This document shows positions 42,244 to 51,725 of a stretch of DNA of 64,000 nucleotides, in pieces. The stretch lies in assembly GCA_030949385.1 (NCBI GenBank), contig JAUZSP010000003.1:453670-517669 (forward strand). Direction: 5' to 3'. Position numbers and translations under genes: made by a program. Every line of letters begins with the position of its first letter. Within the stretch, counting starts at the first letter, position 1. Origin of the DNA: Gammaproteobacteria bacterium (GTDB lineage: Bacteria > Pseudomonadota > Gammaproteobacteria > JAUZRS01). The notes under the pieces were generated by a model, which saw nothing but the letters and a program-made list of their open reading frames with translations, was not told where the DNA came from and did not search any database.

Positions 42244-43059
42244 GTGCTGTCTCTCGCAGTGATGCGTTTTCCTTTTGTTCTGTTGTTTGCGCTGCTGTTG
42301 AGTGCGTGCGGTGGGACAACGCTTAAACCCGATGAGGGCGATGGGCCGGGTCGAGTTTTAGACCCGTCTCAGATTCGTGACCCAATTCCTAAGATGGAGC
42401 CGCGCAGCCGGTACGGTAATCCCAAATCTTATGTGGTGTTTGGCAAACGTTATTACGTCATGCCGAGCAGCAAGGGGTATCAGGAGAAGGGCATTGCTTC
42501 TTGGTATGGCAGCAAATTTCACGGTCGCCGCACCTCCAGCGGCGAACCCTTTGATATGTATCTTGTGACGGCGGCACATCGCAGCTTGCCTCTGCCAACT
42601 TACGTTGAAATTACCCATCTGGACAACGGTCGTAAGATCATTGCCAAGGTTAATGATCGTGGCCCGTTTCACGCCAAGCGCATCATTGATCTCTCCTACG
42701 CCGCTGCGGCTAAGTTGGGCATTTTGGCTACCGGTACGGGGCGGGTTGAGGTGCGGGCTTTGGATCTCTCCTCTGAGGGCGAAAAACGAGAATTCGATAA
42801 AGTTGAATCAAATGAGTCAGTGGGGTTGTCGATTCAAGTGGGAGCTTACCGTGAAGAGGCTAATGCATGGGCGATGCAGCGTCGTTTGCAGCGTCTCTTC
42901 CGTCGTCAGGGTGTAACGCTTTATGCCGCCCGTGATCCTACTAAGCTTTATCGGGTGCGTATTGGGCCTTTGCAAAATCAGCAGCAGGCCGATCAAGTGG
43001 CGCAGAGCTTGGAACAAGAGGGTATATTTTCTTACTCATTATTGCGCGATGCGGACTAG
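42244..43059 (+). CDS. rlpA: Septal-ring lytic transglycosylase RlpA (DPBB domain plus C-terminal SPOR domain), lipoprotein
   Basis: Lipobox LLSAC. The DPBB region (GIASWYG...HGRRTSSGE) and a C-terminal SPOR-like domain (SIQVGAYREEANAWAMQRRLQ) are present. Confidence 0.85.
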   Translation: MLSLAVMRFPFVLLFALLLSACGGTTLKPDEGDGPGRVLDPSQIRDPIPKMEPRSRYGNPKSYVVFGKRYYVMPSSKGYQEKGIASWYGSKFHGRRTSSGEPFDMYLVTAAHRSLPLPTYVEITHLDNGRKIIAKVNDRGPFHAKRIIDLSYAAAAKLGILATGTGRVEVRALDLSSEGEKREFDKVESNESVGLSIQVGAYREEANAWAMQRRLQRLFRRQGVTLYAARDPTKLYRVRIGPLQNQQQADQVAQSLEQEGIFSYSLLRDAD

Positions 43060-43101
43060 ATCTACCTTTTTATTTGGAAGCGCGTTACCATTCTTCCCTT
43101 T

Positions 43102-44322
43102 TTGATCTTTAGCAGAGTGATTATTACCCACATGTTTTCTATTTCTGAAGTTGCCTCTGAGCTGAAAAACGGTAGGCACTTGTTTGTTGCAACACTTCTT
43201 AGTTTGGTGCTGTTTTTTTTCACCTTAGTGGCGAATGCAGCACCAATGCCGATTCCGGCTCCGCCGTCGATTGCGGCCAAAAGTTACTTGTTGATTGATT
43301 TTGACAGTGGCCATACCTTGATGGATCGTGCGTCGAGTGCGCGCATTGAGCCTGCCAGCATTACTAAACTGATGACCGCTTACGTGGTTTACAATGAGTT
43401 GGAAAAAGGCACGTTTAACGACGCTGACTTGGTGACCATCAGTGAAAAAGCCTGGCGTATGAAAGGCTCCCGCATGTTCATTGAAGTGGGCAAACAGGTG
43501 TCGGTGAAAGATCTGCTGCGTGGTTTGACCATTCAATCAGGTAACGATGCCAGTGTGGCTCTGGCGGAGTTTGTGGCGGGCAGCGAAGACAGTTTTGTCA
43601 GTCACATGAATCTCTATGCGGATCGCTTGGGCATGTCTGATACGCATTTTATGAACAGCACCGGTTTGCCTCACGCAGAGCATTACACCAGCGCGAGAGA
43701 TCTGGCCAAGCTGGCGCGCGCACTGATTAATAACTTTCCTGAACAGTATAAAATGTACGCGGAAAAGCAGTTTGTTTATAACAACATTCCGCAGTACAAC
43801 CGCAATAAACTGCTCTGGAGTGACAGCAGCGTTGATGGTCTGAAAACCGGTCACACCGAATCCGCCGGTTATTGTCTGGCCAGTTCGGCGAAACGGGGTG
43901 AGATGCGTCTGATTTCGATTTTATTGGGCGCTAAGAGCAAAAAATCCCGTGCTCGTGAGAGTCAGAAGATGCTGGATTACGGTTTCCGCTTTTTCCGTAC
44001 TTACAAGTTGTACAGCAAAGATCAGGTGTTGAATCGCGCACGGATCTGGAAGGGCGAAGTGAGTGAGTTGCCGTTGGGCGTTAGTGATGATTTTTACATC
44101 ACCATTCCGCGTGATCAGTACGGCGATTTGAAAGCCAATATGGAGTTGCAAGAGCCGATTACCGCTCCGATAACACAAGGCACGGCCTTGGGTACAGTGC
44201 AGGTGCATCTGTTTGATAAATTGGTGAAAGAGCAGCCGTTGGTGGCGTTGAAAGAGGTGCCTGAGGGCAATTTCTTCCAGCGCAGTTGGGATACGGTGTT
44301 GGAGTCCATTGACTCGTTTTAA
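43102..44322 (+). CDS. dacA: D-alanyl-D-alanine carboxypeptidase (PBP5/6 family)
   Basis: SxxK (ASITKLM), SGN (QSGNDAS) and KTG (LKTGHTE) motifs. Signal peptide. Alternative start at 43132. Confidence 0.85.
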   Translation: MIFSRVIITHMFSISEVASELKNGRHLFVATLLSLVLFFFTLVANAAPMPIPAPPSIAAKSYLLIDFDSGHTLMDRASSARIEPASITKLMTAYVVYNELEKGTFNDADLVTISEKAWRMKGSRMFIEVGKQVSVKDLLRGLTIQSGNDASVALAEFVAGSEDSFVSHMNLYADRLGMSDTHFMNSTGLPHAEHYTSARDLAKLARALINNFPEQYKMYAEKQFVYNNIPQYNRNKLLWSDSSVDGLKTGHTESAGYCLASSAKRGEMRLISILLGAKSKKSRARESQKMLDYGFRFFRTYKLYSKDQVLNRARIWKGEVSELPLGVSDDFYITIPRDQYGDLKANMELQEPITAPITQGTALGTVQVHLFDKLVKEQPLVALKEVPEGNFFQRSWDTVLESIDSF

Positions 44323-44350
44323 CTAATCTCATCGGTATGCTTGCTTAGGG

Positions 44351-44380
44351 AAAGCGCAGCATTGGCTGCGCTTTTTCGTT
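44351..44380 (+). terminator. Rho-independent terminator after dacA
   Basis: aaagcgcagc-attg-gctgcgcttttt. Confidence 0.6.
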
Positions 44381-44417
44381 GTTGAAGATTGATTTAACGT
44401 TGGAAAGAGGTGCAGTT

Positions 44418-45291
44418 ATGCGTGGCGTGGCCTATTTGAACGGTGTGTTTTTGCCTTTATCTGAGGCGAAAATATCGGTTTTGGATCGTGGTTTTTTGTT
44501 TGGTGACGGTGTTTACGAAGTGATTCCCGCCTACGGCGGTGAGCTGTTCCGTCTGCCGCAGCACTTGGCGCGTCTGCAGCGCAGTTTGGATGGCATTCGT
44601 CTGGCCAATCCGCACAGCGAGGCTGAGTGGACACACATTTTGCAGCAGGTGGTGGATCACAGCAGCGAGCCAGAGCAGAACGTCTACTTGCAGTTGACGC
44701 GAGGGGTGCAGACACGGCGCGATCATGTGGTCTCAGAACCGATGCAGCCAACGGTTTTCTCCATGAGCAACCCGATTCTTCCTCTGTCGCCTGAGGTGAT
44801 AAACAATGGCATCAAAGCGGTGACGATGGACGACATTCGTTGGGAGTATTGCCATCTGAAAACCATCGCTCTGTTGCCCAATGTGCTGCTTAAACAGCAG
44901 GCCTATGAAACCGGTGCCAGTGAAGCGTTGCTGGTGAAAACCGGCTGTGGTTACCGAAGGTTCGGCGAGTAACTTTTTTATTGTTGAGCAAGGGGTGATC
45001 ATCACGCCACCGAAAAGTGCCAAACTGCTGCCAGGCGTGACCCGTGATCTGGTCTTGGAGCTGGCCGCTGAATACGGTCTGCCCCACCGAGAAGAGGAGG
45101 TGCCTTTGGCGCAGTTACAGAGTGCAGATGAGATTTGGCTCACCAGCTCGACCCGTGAGGTGGTGCCGGTAACGCAGTTAGACGGTCAGCCTGTGGGTTC
45201 CGGTCTGCCAGGGAAGGTTTGGAAGACCCTGCGGGACTGTTATCAAATATTTAAACGCCAACAGTGTCGTCTGCAGGAGGATAAATCATGA
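44418..45291 (+). CDS. Class IV (D-amino-acid / branched-chain) aminotransferase, interrupted by a 1-nt frameshift near 44946-44950
   Basis: The track ORFs 44379-44972 and 44947-45291 are the two halves of one ~290-aa fold. Deleting one G in ctgtggtt gives ...EALLVKTGCVTEGSASNFFIVEQG..., matching the conserved xG.VTEGS.SN.F region. Confidence 0.7.
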
Positions 45292-45551
45292 GCGAAGAGA
45301 GTTTAATTGAGTTTCCCTGTCAGTTTGCTATCAAGGTGATGGGCAAAAACTCCACTGAATTTGAAGCCTTGGTGATCTCCATTGTGCGCCAGCACGTTTC
45401 TGATCTGGGTGAGGGTGCGGTGAAAAATCGCCCCAGCAGCAAGGGTAAATTCACCTCGCTGACGGTGACGGTCAACGCCACCAGTCAGCAGCATTTGGAT
45501 GACATTTACCGTGCCTTGACCGCCAGTAAGCAGGTGTTAATGGCGCTGTGA
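45288..45551 (+). CDS. ybeD: YbeD/UPF0250 family protein (DUF493)
   Basis: 87 aa, [11 protein letters not shown] motif. Conserved position between dacA and lipB. Confidence 0.85.
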   Translation: MSEESLIEFPCQFAIKVMGKNSTEFEALVISIVRQHVSDLGEGAVKNRPSSKGKFTSLTVTVNATSQQHLDDIYRALTASKQVLMAL

Positions 45552-46210
45552 TGGCTCAAGATGATTTGATTGTGCGTCAATTGGGATTGTGTGATTACGA
45601 ACCGATCTGGCACGCGATGCAGAATTTTACCGATCAGCGTCAACCAGAGAGTCTCGATGAATTTTGGCTGCTGGAGCATGAGCCGATCTTTACCCAAGGC
45701 CAAGCGGGTAAGGCAGAGCATCTGCTCAACCCCGGTCATATTCCTGTTTTGCAGGTGGATCGCGGTGGGCAGGTGACTTACCACGGACCTGGTCAGTTGA
45801 TGTTCTATCTGTTGTTGGATCTGCGCCGACGTAAGTTGGGCGTGCGCCAGTTGGTGACGTTGATGGAGCAGAGCGTGATTAAGCTGCTGGCGGAATACGA
45901 TATTACGGCACTGGCCAGAGCAGATGCGCCGGGGGTTTATGTTGATGCGGCTAAAGTGGCCGCGCTCGGTTTGCGCGTGCGCCACGGGCGCTGTTATCAC
46001 GGGTTGAGTTTGAACGTCGATCTGGATTTAAGCCCCTTTGCGGGCATCAATCCCTGTGGTTATCAGGGTCTGAAGGTGACGCGGCTGCACGATTTGGGTG
46101 TGGAAGATTCTTTGGCTGAGGTGCGAGCGCGTCTGAGCGAGCATTTGCTGATGGAACTGGGTTACAATAGCCCTCATTTTACCACTGAATTTCCTAACGA
46201 TTATGTCTGA
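45548..46210 (+). CDS. lipB: Octanoyltransferase LipB
   Basis: 220 aa with [12 protein letters not shown] and the catalytic Cys region NPCGY. Overlaps ybeD by 4 nt. Confidence 0.9.
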   Translation: MMAQDDLIVRQLGLCDYEPIWHAMQNFTDQRQPESLDEFWLLEHEPIFTQGQAGKAEHLLNPGHIPVLQVDRGGQVTYHGPGQLMFYLLLDLRRRKLGVRQLVTLMEQSVIKLLAEYDITALARADAPGVYVDAAKVAALGLRVRHGRCYHGLSLNVDLDLSPFAGINPCGYQGLKVTRLHDLGVEDSLAEVRARLSEHLLMELGYNSPHFTTEFPNDYV

Positions 46211-47180
46211 TAAAACCTCCGTTACTGCCCCCTCTCGCCTTGATCCTGAACACCACCAACGGGGCGCGGCCAAGTTGTCGCGCATTCCAGTGAAGATCAA
46301 ACGCACCGAAAAAATGGTGCGTAAACCGCGCTGGATTCGCGCCGCCCATCAAGGTGATCCCAAAGTACAGCAGTTGAAAAAGCTGCTGCGCGAGAAAAAT
46401 TTGCACACCGTTTGTGAAGAGGCTAACTGCCCCAATTTGGGCGAGTGTTTCAGCCACGGTACGGCGACCTTTATGATTATGGGTGACATCTGCACCCGTC
46501 GCTGCCCCTTTTGTGATGTCTCTCACGGTCGGCCTAACCCGTTGGATAAAGATGAACCCAAGCAGTTGGGGCAGACCATTCAGCTGATGGGGCTCTCGTA
46601 TGTGGTGATCACTTCGGTGGATCGGGACGATCTGCGTGACGGCGGTGCAGGGCATTTTGCCGAGTGCATTGCTGAGGTTAAAGCGGCTAATCCTAAAATT
46701 CAGATCGAGGTCTTGGTGCCTGATTTTCGTGGTCGTATGGAAGTGGCGCTGGAGGCTTTGGGTCAGAATTTGCCCCACGTCTTTAACCACAATTTGGAGA
46801 CGGTGCCGCGCCTTTATAAAGCCGCTCGTCCTGGCTCGGATTATCAGTGGTCGTTGGATCTGCTGAAAAATTTCAAGGCGCGCTTTAAGGGCATCGCTAC
46901 CAAGTCCGGTTTGATGTTGGGTTTGGGTGAAGAGCTGGCTGAGGTGGAGCAGGTGATGTTGGATCTGCGCGCCCACGGCTGTGAGATGTTGACCTTGGGG
47001 CAGTATTTGCAACCGAGCCGCGATCATCTGCCGGTGGCGCGTTTTGTCACTCCTGAGGAGTTTGATGAGTTGGCGTTGATCGGGAAAAAGATGGGCTTTC
47101 AGCATGTGGCCAGTGGGCCAATGGTGCGCTCGTCCTATCATGCCGATCAGCAGGCGATGTCAGCCGGTGCGGTGGAGTAG
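46203..47180 (+). CDS. lipA: Lipoyl synthase LipA (radical SAM)
   Basis: [12 protein letters not shown] and the radical-SAM CTRRCPFC cluster motifs. Confidence 0.9.
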   Translation: MSDKTSVTAPSRLDPEHHQRGAAKLSRIPVKIKRTEKMVRKPRWIRAAHQGDPKVQQLKKLLREKNLHTVCEEANCPNLGECFSHGTATFMIMGDICTRRCPFCDVSHGRPNPLDKDEPKQLGQTIQLMGLSYVVITSVDRDDLRDGGAGHFAECIAEVKAANPKIQIEVLVPDFRGRMEVALEALGQNLPHVFNHNLETVPRLYKAARPGSDYQWSLDLLKNFKARFKGIATKSGLMLGLGEELAEVEQVMLDLRAHGCEMLTLGQYLQPSRDHLPVARFVTPEEFDELALIGKKMGFQHVASGPMVRSSYHADQQAMSAGAVE

Positions 47181-47189
47181 AGAATCAAC

Positions 47190-47873
47190 ATGAGAATATT
47201 AAAATATACGTTGCTGGCTCTGCCGGTGTTGGTTTGGCTTTTTTGGGTGTTGGCTCCCAGTGATCGCACTTATCGCATGACGGATCTGCCGTGGCAGCAT
47301 GAGGTGTTGGCTAACGGTGATTTGAAGGTGTTTGGTTTGACTTTGGGTCAATCGATTTTGCAAGAGGCGCGGGTCAAAGTGGCCAAACCGGCCAGCGTTG
47401 GCCTGTTTCAAAACCCAGATAATGAGCTTGCTCTGGAAGCCTATTTTGAAAATGTGTTGTTGTCGGGTCTGCGGGTGGGTTTGATCTGTGAGGTTGAGGC
47501 GACTCAAGCGCAGTTAATAGAGTTTGCCAAGCGCAATGTGAGTCGTTCTCCTATGCCCAGTGGTTCATTGAAATACGAGCTGACCGAGGCGGATCTGAAC
47601 ACCATTGTGGATTGGAAAATTCGCAGCCTGAATTATTTGCCGACGATCAATTGGGAGCCTGAGCTGTTATTGCGTCGTTTTGGTTTGCCGGATGAGAAGA
47701 TTACTTTAAAAGAGAACATCGCGTATTGGCTCTACCCCAAACAGGGATTGGCGATTACTGTAGACGATGAAGGCAAAGAGCTGATGCAGTACGTTAGACC
47801 AGCGGACTTTGGTCGGATTCGGGAAGAGATTGATAAGCAGGTGGTGGCTGAAGAGGTTGAAGAGGTTTTGTAG
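47190..47873 (+). CDS. Hypothetical protein with an N-terminal TM or signal anchor
   Basis: 227-aa ORF with good coding character immediately after lipA. No recognised motif. Confidence 0.45.
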   Translation: MRILKYTLLALPVLVWLFWVLAPSDRTYRMTDLPWQHEVLANGDLKVFGLTLGQSILQEARVKVAKPASVGLFQNPDNELALEAYFENVLLSGLRVGLICEVEATQAQLIEFAKRNVSRSPMPSGSLKYELTEADLNTIVDWKIRSLNYLPTINWEPELLLRRFGLPDEKITLKENIAYWLYPKQGLAITVDDEGKELMQYVRPADFGRIREEIDKQVVAEEVEEVL

Positions 47874-47938
47874 GTTGATTTTTTATTCGTTGCTTAAAAC
47901 GGTTTTGTTGAACGTAAGCACAAATTTTTGCCGTACCC

Positions 47939-48012
47939 GTAGAGGCATCCCTTGTGTATGCCCAAAACAATAATCAATCGTAATTAGGGCAACCACAAGG
48001 GATTGCCCCTAC
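47939..48012. repeat. Imperfect ~18-bp inverted repeat flanking a ~38-bp AT-rich spacer between convergent genes (REP/MITE-like or terminator structure)
   Basis: gtagaggcatcccttgtg ... cacaagggattgcccctac. Confidence 0.5.
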
Positions 48013-48082
48013 AGTTGGATGGATTAAATGGTGGTTATGCTCGCCTAGGTTTTACTGCACGCTAATTTATATTGCCCAGAAG

Positions 48083-48577
48083 TCAGCCCGACCATGTGTG
48101 TATTGACATGCTCACTACCCTTGCGCTGCTGTCTTTCAACCCCTGTTTGGGTAACTCTTGATTGGCAATTTTTTTCTCAGTGGCTGCTTTGCGACGTTGA
48201 TCAAAGACCGTTTTCACCTGTTGGCTGTAGTCGGTTAGCATCTTATCGACCGCATCTTGTTTCTCTTTTTGGCTGATCAATTGGCAGATGTAGTTTTTGT
48301 CTTTGGCAAAGAGATTGTAATGGTCGTGTTTCCCTCCAGAGGCTTTTTCCCAGACCTTTTTGTCCAGAATGGCATCGGCTTGTACAACAAGAACATCGTC
48401 ATTTTGCAGTTGAATCAGATAGAGACCAGCGGCGTTGAAAAAAATCTCATGACCAACTGGATCAACTTGCTGCGGGTGGGGGTCTCTTGCACCGTGTTCG
48501 GCAACGGCGCTGGCCAGAGCGCTGAGGCCGAAGAGAAAAATCGACAGGGGGATATAAAAGATTTTTTTGAGTGTCAT
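48083..48577 (-). CDS. Small secreted hypothetical protein (~164 aa)
   Basis: RBS aaggaaag upstream of MTLKKIF. Signal peptide IFLFGLSALASAVA. No recognised domain. Confidence 0.45.
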   Translation of the reverse strand: MTLKKIFYIPLSIFLFGLSALASAVAEHGARDPHPQQVDPVGHEIFFNAAGLYLIQLQNDDVLVVQADAILDKKVWEKASGGKHDHYNLFAKDKNYICQLISQKEKQDAVDKMLTDYSQQVKTVFDQRRKAATEKKIANQELPKQGLKDSSARVVSMSIHTWSG

Positions 48578-48945
48578 GGGCTTTCCTTTGCCTGTTGTAC
48601 AATTCAGTTCCTGACTACGCTGAAGTGTAGCCATTAAGGTGGACTGTGGTGTCTTGATTAGATCAGTTGTGCTGCTTTAGCTCATACCTCAATTGCGGTA
48701 GTGGGGTGTTGTTCAGGGGTTTTTTGTCAGCACCAAATTGGTGCATTTTTTTGTCTAGGCACTAATTTATGCCCGATTTAAGATTATTCAGATGGGTCAA
48801 TAGAGAAGTGTTTTATAAAAGTAATTAATAATCAATAGTTTATTTAATTAAAAAACATATATCTTTAAGTGGTATGTATTTTGCTTTTTAAGTAACAAAT
48901 CAATCTTTAAAGCCCCTCAAGTGGGCATTTGTCGAGGTCAAAAAA

Positions 48946-51384
48946 ATGAAACAACGTTTGGTACTGGTGGGTAACGGCATGGCAGGTATGCGTGCGGTTG
49001 AGGAGCTGCTGAAGCTGGAGCCAGAGAAATATGAAATCACCGTCTTTGGCTCGGAGCCATACGGTAATTACAATCGTATTATGCTCTCGCCTGTGCTGGC
49101 CAGTGAACAGACCATCGACGATATTATTTTGAATACGCCTGAATGGTACGCGGAAAACAACATCACTCTGCATACGGGCAAGCTGGTCACCGAAATTGAC
49201 CGTGTTCAACAGCGGGTGGTGTGTGCCGATGGCACCACCGCCGATTACGACCGCGTGATTTTGGCCACGGGTTCCAACCCGTTTATGATTCCTCTGCCGG
49301 GCATTGATAAACAAGGTGTGTTGGGTTTTCGAGACATTGCTGATGTTGACACCATGCTGGCCGCTTCACAGCAGCATAAAAAAGCGGTGGTGATCGGCGG
49401 TGGTCTGCTCGGGCTGGAGGCCGCCAATGGCCTGATGAAACAGGGCATGGATGTGACCGTGGTGCATCTGCTCGACAGCTTGATGGAGCGTCAGTTGGAT
49501 CCTCCGGCTTCGGCCATGTTAAAAGCCTCGCTCGAAGAGCGGGGTATGACCTTTATGATGGAAGCGCAGACGGCTTCGATCTTGGGTGATGAGCGGGTTA
49601 CGGCGGTACAGTTTGCCGACGGTTCGAAGATCGATGCAGATCTGGTGGTGATGGCGGTGGGTATTCGCCCCAACATCGAATTGGCGCAAAATTCGGGTGT
49701 TTACTGCGAGCGCGGCGTGGTGGTGAACGACACCATGCAGAGTTATGACCCTAAAATTTACGCCGTCGGTGAGTGTGTTCAGCATCGTGGCAACTGCTAC
49801 GGCTTGGTGGCTCCGTTGTTTGAGCAGGCGAAAGTTTGTGCTAACCATTTGGCTCAGTTGGGTTACAGCCTTTATGAGGGTTCCGTTACCTCGACCAAAT
49901 TGAAAGTGACCGGCATTGATCTTTTCTCCGCCGGTGATTTTAATGAAGGCGAAGGCGATGAGGTTTTGTTGATGCAAGATCCCTCGCAAGGGGTCTACAA
50001 AAAATTGGTGATCCGCGACAACCGCATCAAGGGTGCGGTGTTGTACGGTGACACGATGGACGGTACGTGGTATTTCCAACTGCTGCGTGAAGGCACCGAC
50101 ATCAGTGATTTCCGCAGCACCATTATGTTTGGTCAGCACGATTTGGGTGATGCCGGACACGGTGATGAAGCGCGGGTGGCGATGTTATCCGACGGCGCTG
50201 AGATTTGCGGGTGCAACGGCGTTAGCAAGGGTGAGATTGTCTGTGCGATTCAGACCCAAGGCCTGTTTACCTTGGACGATGTGCGCGCCCACACCAAGGC
50301 ATCAGCCTCCTGTGGTTCCTGTACCGGCTTGGTGGAGTCTTTATTGGCCAGCACCGTCGGTGAAGGTTACAGCGCTGCACCGAGTAAAAAGGCACTCTGT
50401 GGTTGCACCGAGCACAGCCACGATGATGTGATCTCGGCGGTCAAAACGCATGAACTGAAATCCATGCGAGCGGTGTTTGATTTCTTTGAATGGAAGACCC
50501 CAGACGGTTGTGCCGCCTGTCGTCCTGCACTGAATTATTATCTTTTGGCGCGTTGGCCTGAAGAGTATCAAGACGATGCTCAATCGCGGTTTATCAACGA
50601 ACGGGCGCACGGCAACATTCAAAAAGACGGCACTTACTCGGTGATCCCGCGCATGTTTGGTGGTCTCTGTACCCCGAAAGACCTGCGTACGATTGCGGAT
50701 GTCTGCGATAAATTTGATGTGCCGGAGATGAAAGTCACCGGTGGCCAGCGGATTGATATGTTGGGGATCAAAAAAGAAGATCTGCCGCTGGTGTGGAAAG
50801 ACCTTTCCGCTGCCGGTTTTGTTTCAGGTCATGCGTATGGTAAAGCGATGCGAACGGTGAAAACCTGTGTGGGCAAAACGTGGTGTCGTTTTGGTACTCA
50901 AGACTCCACCGGCCTTGGGGTCAAGCTGGAAGAGCTGACGTGGGGGTCGTGGATGCCGCATAAGTTTAAGCTGGCGGTCTCCGGTTGCCCGCGTAACTGC
51001 GCTGAGGCGACGATTAAAGATTTTGGGGTGGTCTGTGTCGATTCCGGTTACGAGCTGCATGTCGGTGGCAACGGCGGGATTAAACTGCGCATGACCGATC
51101 TGCTCTGCAAGATTGATACGGAAGAGCAGGTGCTGGAATATTGTGGTGCTTTCACCCAGCTTTATCGTGAAGAGGCGCACTATTTAGAACGCACCGCACC
51201 GTGGGTGGAACGAGTGGGGCTGGAACATATTAAGCAATGTGTGGTGGAAGACGAAGCGGAGCGCAAACGTCTGCATGAGCGTTTTAAAGTGGGACAGAAA
51301 CAGTCTCAGATTGACCCTTGGAAAGCGCGTGCTGAAGGTGCAGAAGAGAATGAATTCCGTTCCATTGAAGTTGTGGAGGTTTAG
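48946..51384 (+). CDS. nirB: Assimilatory nitrite reductase [NAD(P)H] large subunit
   Basis: 812 aa with FAD/NAD Rossmann motifs (VLVGNGMAG, VVIGGGLLGLE), BFD-like 2Fe-2S Cys pairs, and the siroheme/4Fe-4S sulfite/nitrite reductase domain (TCVGKTWCRFG ... SGCPRNCAEA). Confidence 0.9.
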   Translation: MKQRLVLVGNGMAGMRAVEELLKLEPEKYEITVFGSEPYGNYNRIMLSPVLASEQTIDDIILNTPEWYAENNITLHTGKLVTEIDRVQQRVVCADGTTADYDRVILATGSNPFMIPLPGIDKQGVLGFRDIADVDTMLAASQQHKKAVVIGGGLLGLEAANGLMKQGMDVTVVHLLDSLMERQLDPPASAMLKASLEERGMTFMMEAQTASILGDERVTAVQFADGSKIDADLVVMAVGIRPNIELAQNSGVYCERGVVVNDTMQSYDPKIYAVGECVQHRGNCYGLVAPLFEQAKVCANHLAQLGYSLYEGSVTSTKLKVTGIDLFSAGDFNEGEGDEVLLMQDPSQGVYKKLVIRDNRIKGAVLYGDTMDGTWYFQLLREGTDISDFRSTIMFGQHDLGDAGHGDEARVAMLSDGAEICGCNGVSKGEIVCAIQTQGLFTLDDVRAHTKASASCGSCTGLVESLLASTVGEGYSAAPSKKALCGCTEHSHDDVISAVKTHELKSMRAVFDFFEWKTPDGCAACRPALNYYLLARWPEEYQDDAQSRFINERAHGNIQKDGTYSVIPRMFGGLCTPKDLRTIADVCDKFDVPEMKVTGGQRIDMLGIKKEDLPLVWKDLSAAGFVSGHAYGKAMRTVKTCVGKTWCRFGTQDSTGLGVKLEELTWGSWMPHKFKLAVSGCPRNCAEATIKDFGVVCVDSGYELHVGGNGGIKLRMTDLLCKIDTEEQVLEYCGAFTQLYREEAHYLERTAPWVERVGLEHIKQCVVEDEAERKRLHERFKVGQKQSQIDPWKARAEGAEENEFRSIEVVEV

Positions 51385-51387
51385 GTT

Positions 51388-51717
51388 ATGAGCAATTGGA
51401 TTAACGTAGTGGCATTGGATCAGATTCCCGTTTTGGGTGCTCGGGTGGTGAATAAAGGTGATTTGAAGATTGCCGTGTTTCGCGGTTCGGATGATCAGGT
51501 TTATGCGATTCGAGATGCTTGCCCGCACAAACAAGGGCCGTTGTCGCAGGGCATTATGCACGGCAATTCCGTCACCTGCCCGCTGCACAACTGGAAAATT
51601 GATCTCACCAGTGGCAAAGCACTGGGCGTGGACGAAGGCTGTGCCAATTTGTTTCCGGTGCGGGTTGAAGCGGGTCAGGTGCAGTTGCAATTGACCCCAG
51701 AACCACTGGCAGAGTAG
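51388..51717 (+). CDS. nirD: Nitrite reductase small subunit (Rieske-type)
   Basis: 109 aa with Rieske-like motifs CPHKQGPLSQG and CPLHNWK. Confidence 0.9.
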   Translation: MSNWINVVALDQIPVLGARVVNKGDLKIAVFRGSDDQVYAIRDACPHKQGPLSQGIMHGNSVTCPLHNWKIDLTSGKALGVDEGCANLFPVRVEAGQVQLQLTPEPLAE

Positions 51718-51725
51718 GAGGTCGT

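Noticed and set aside
46194-47141. 315-aa antisense ORF across lipA, plus similar long antisense ORFs in nirB (49519-50160), nasA (52137-53099), hrpA (9137-9751), znuC (33579-33971) and the antiporter (1973-2581)
   Set aside because: The sense-strand genes are highly conserved with clear motifs. The antisense translations are Arg/His/Gln-rich nonsense.
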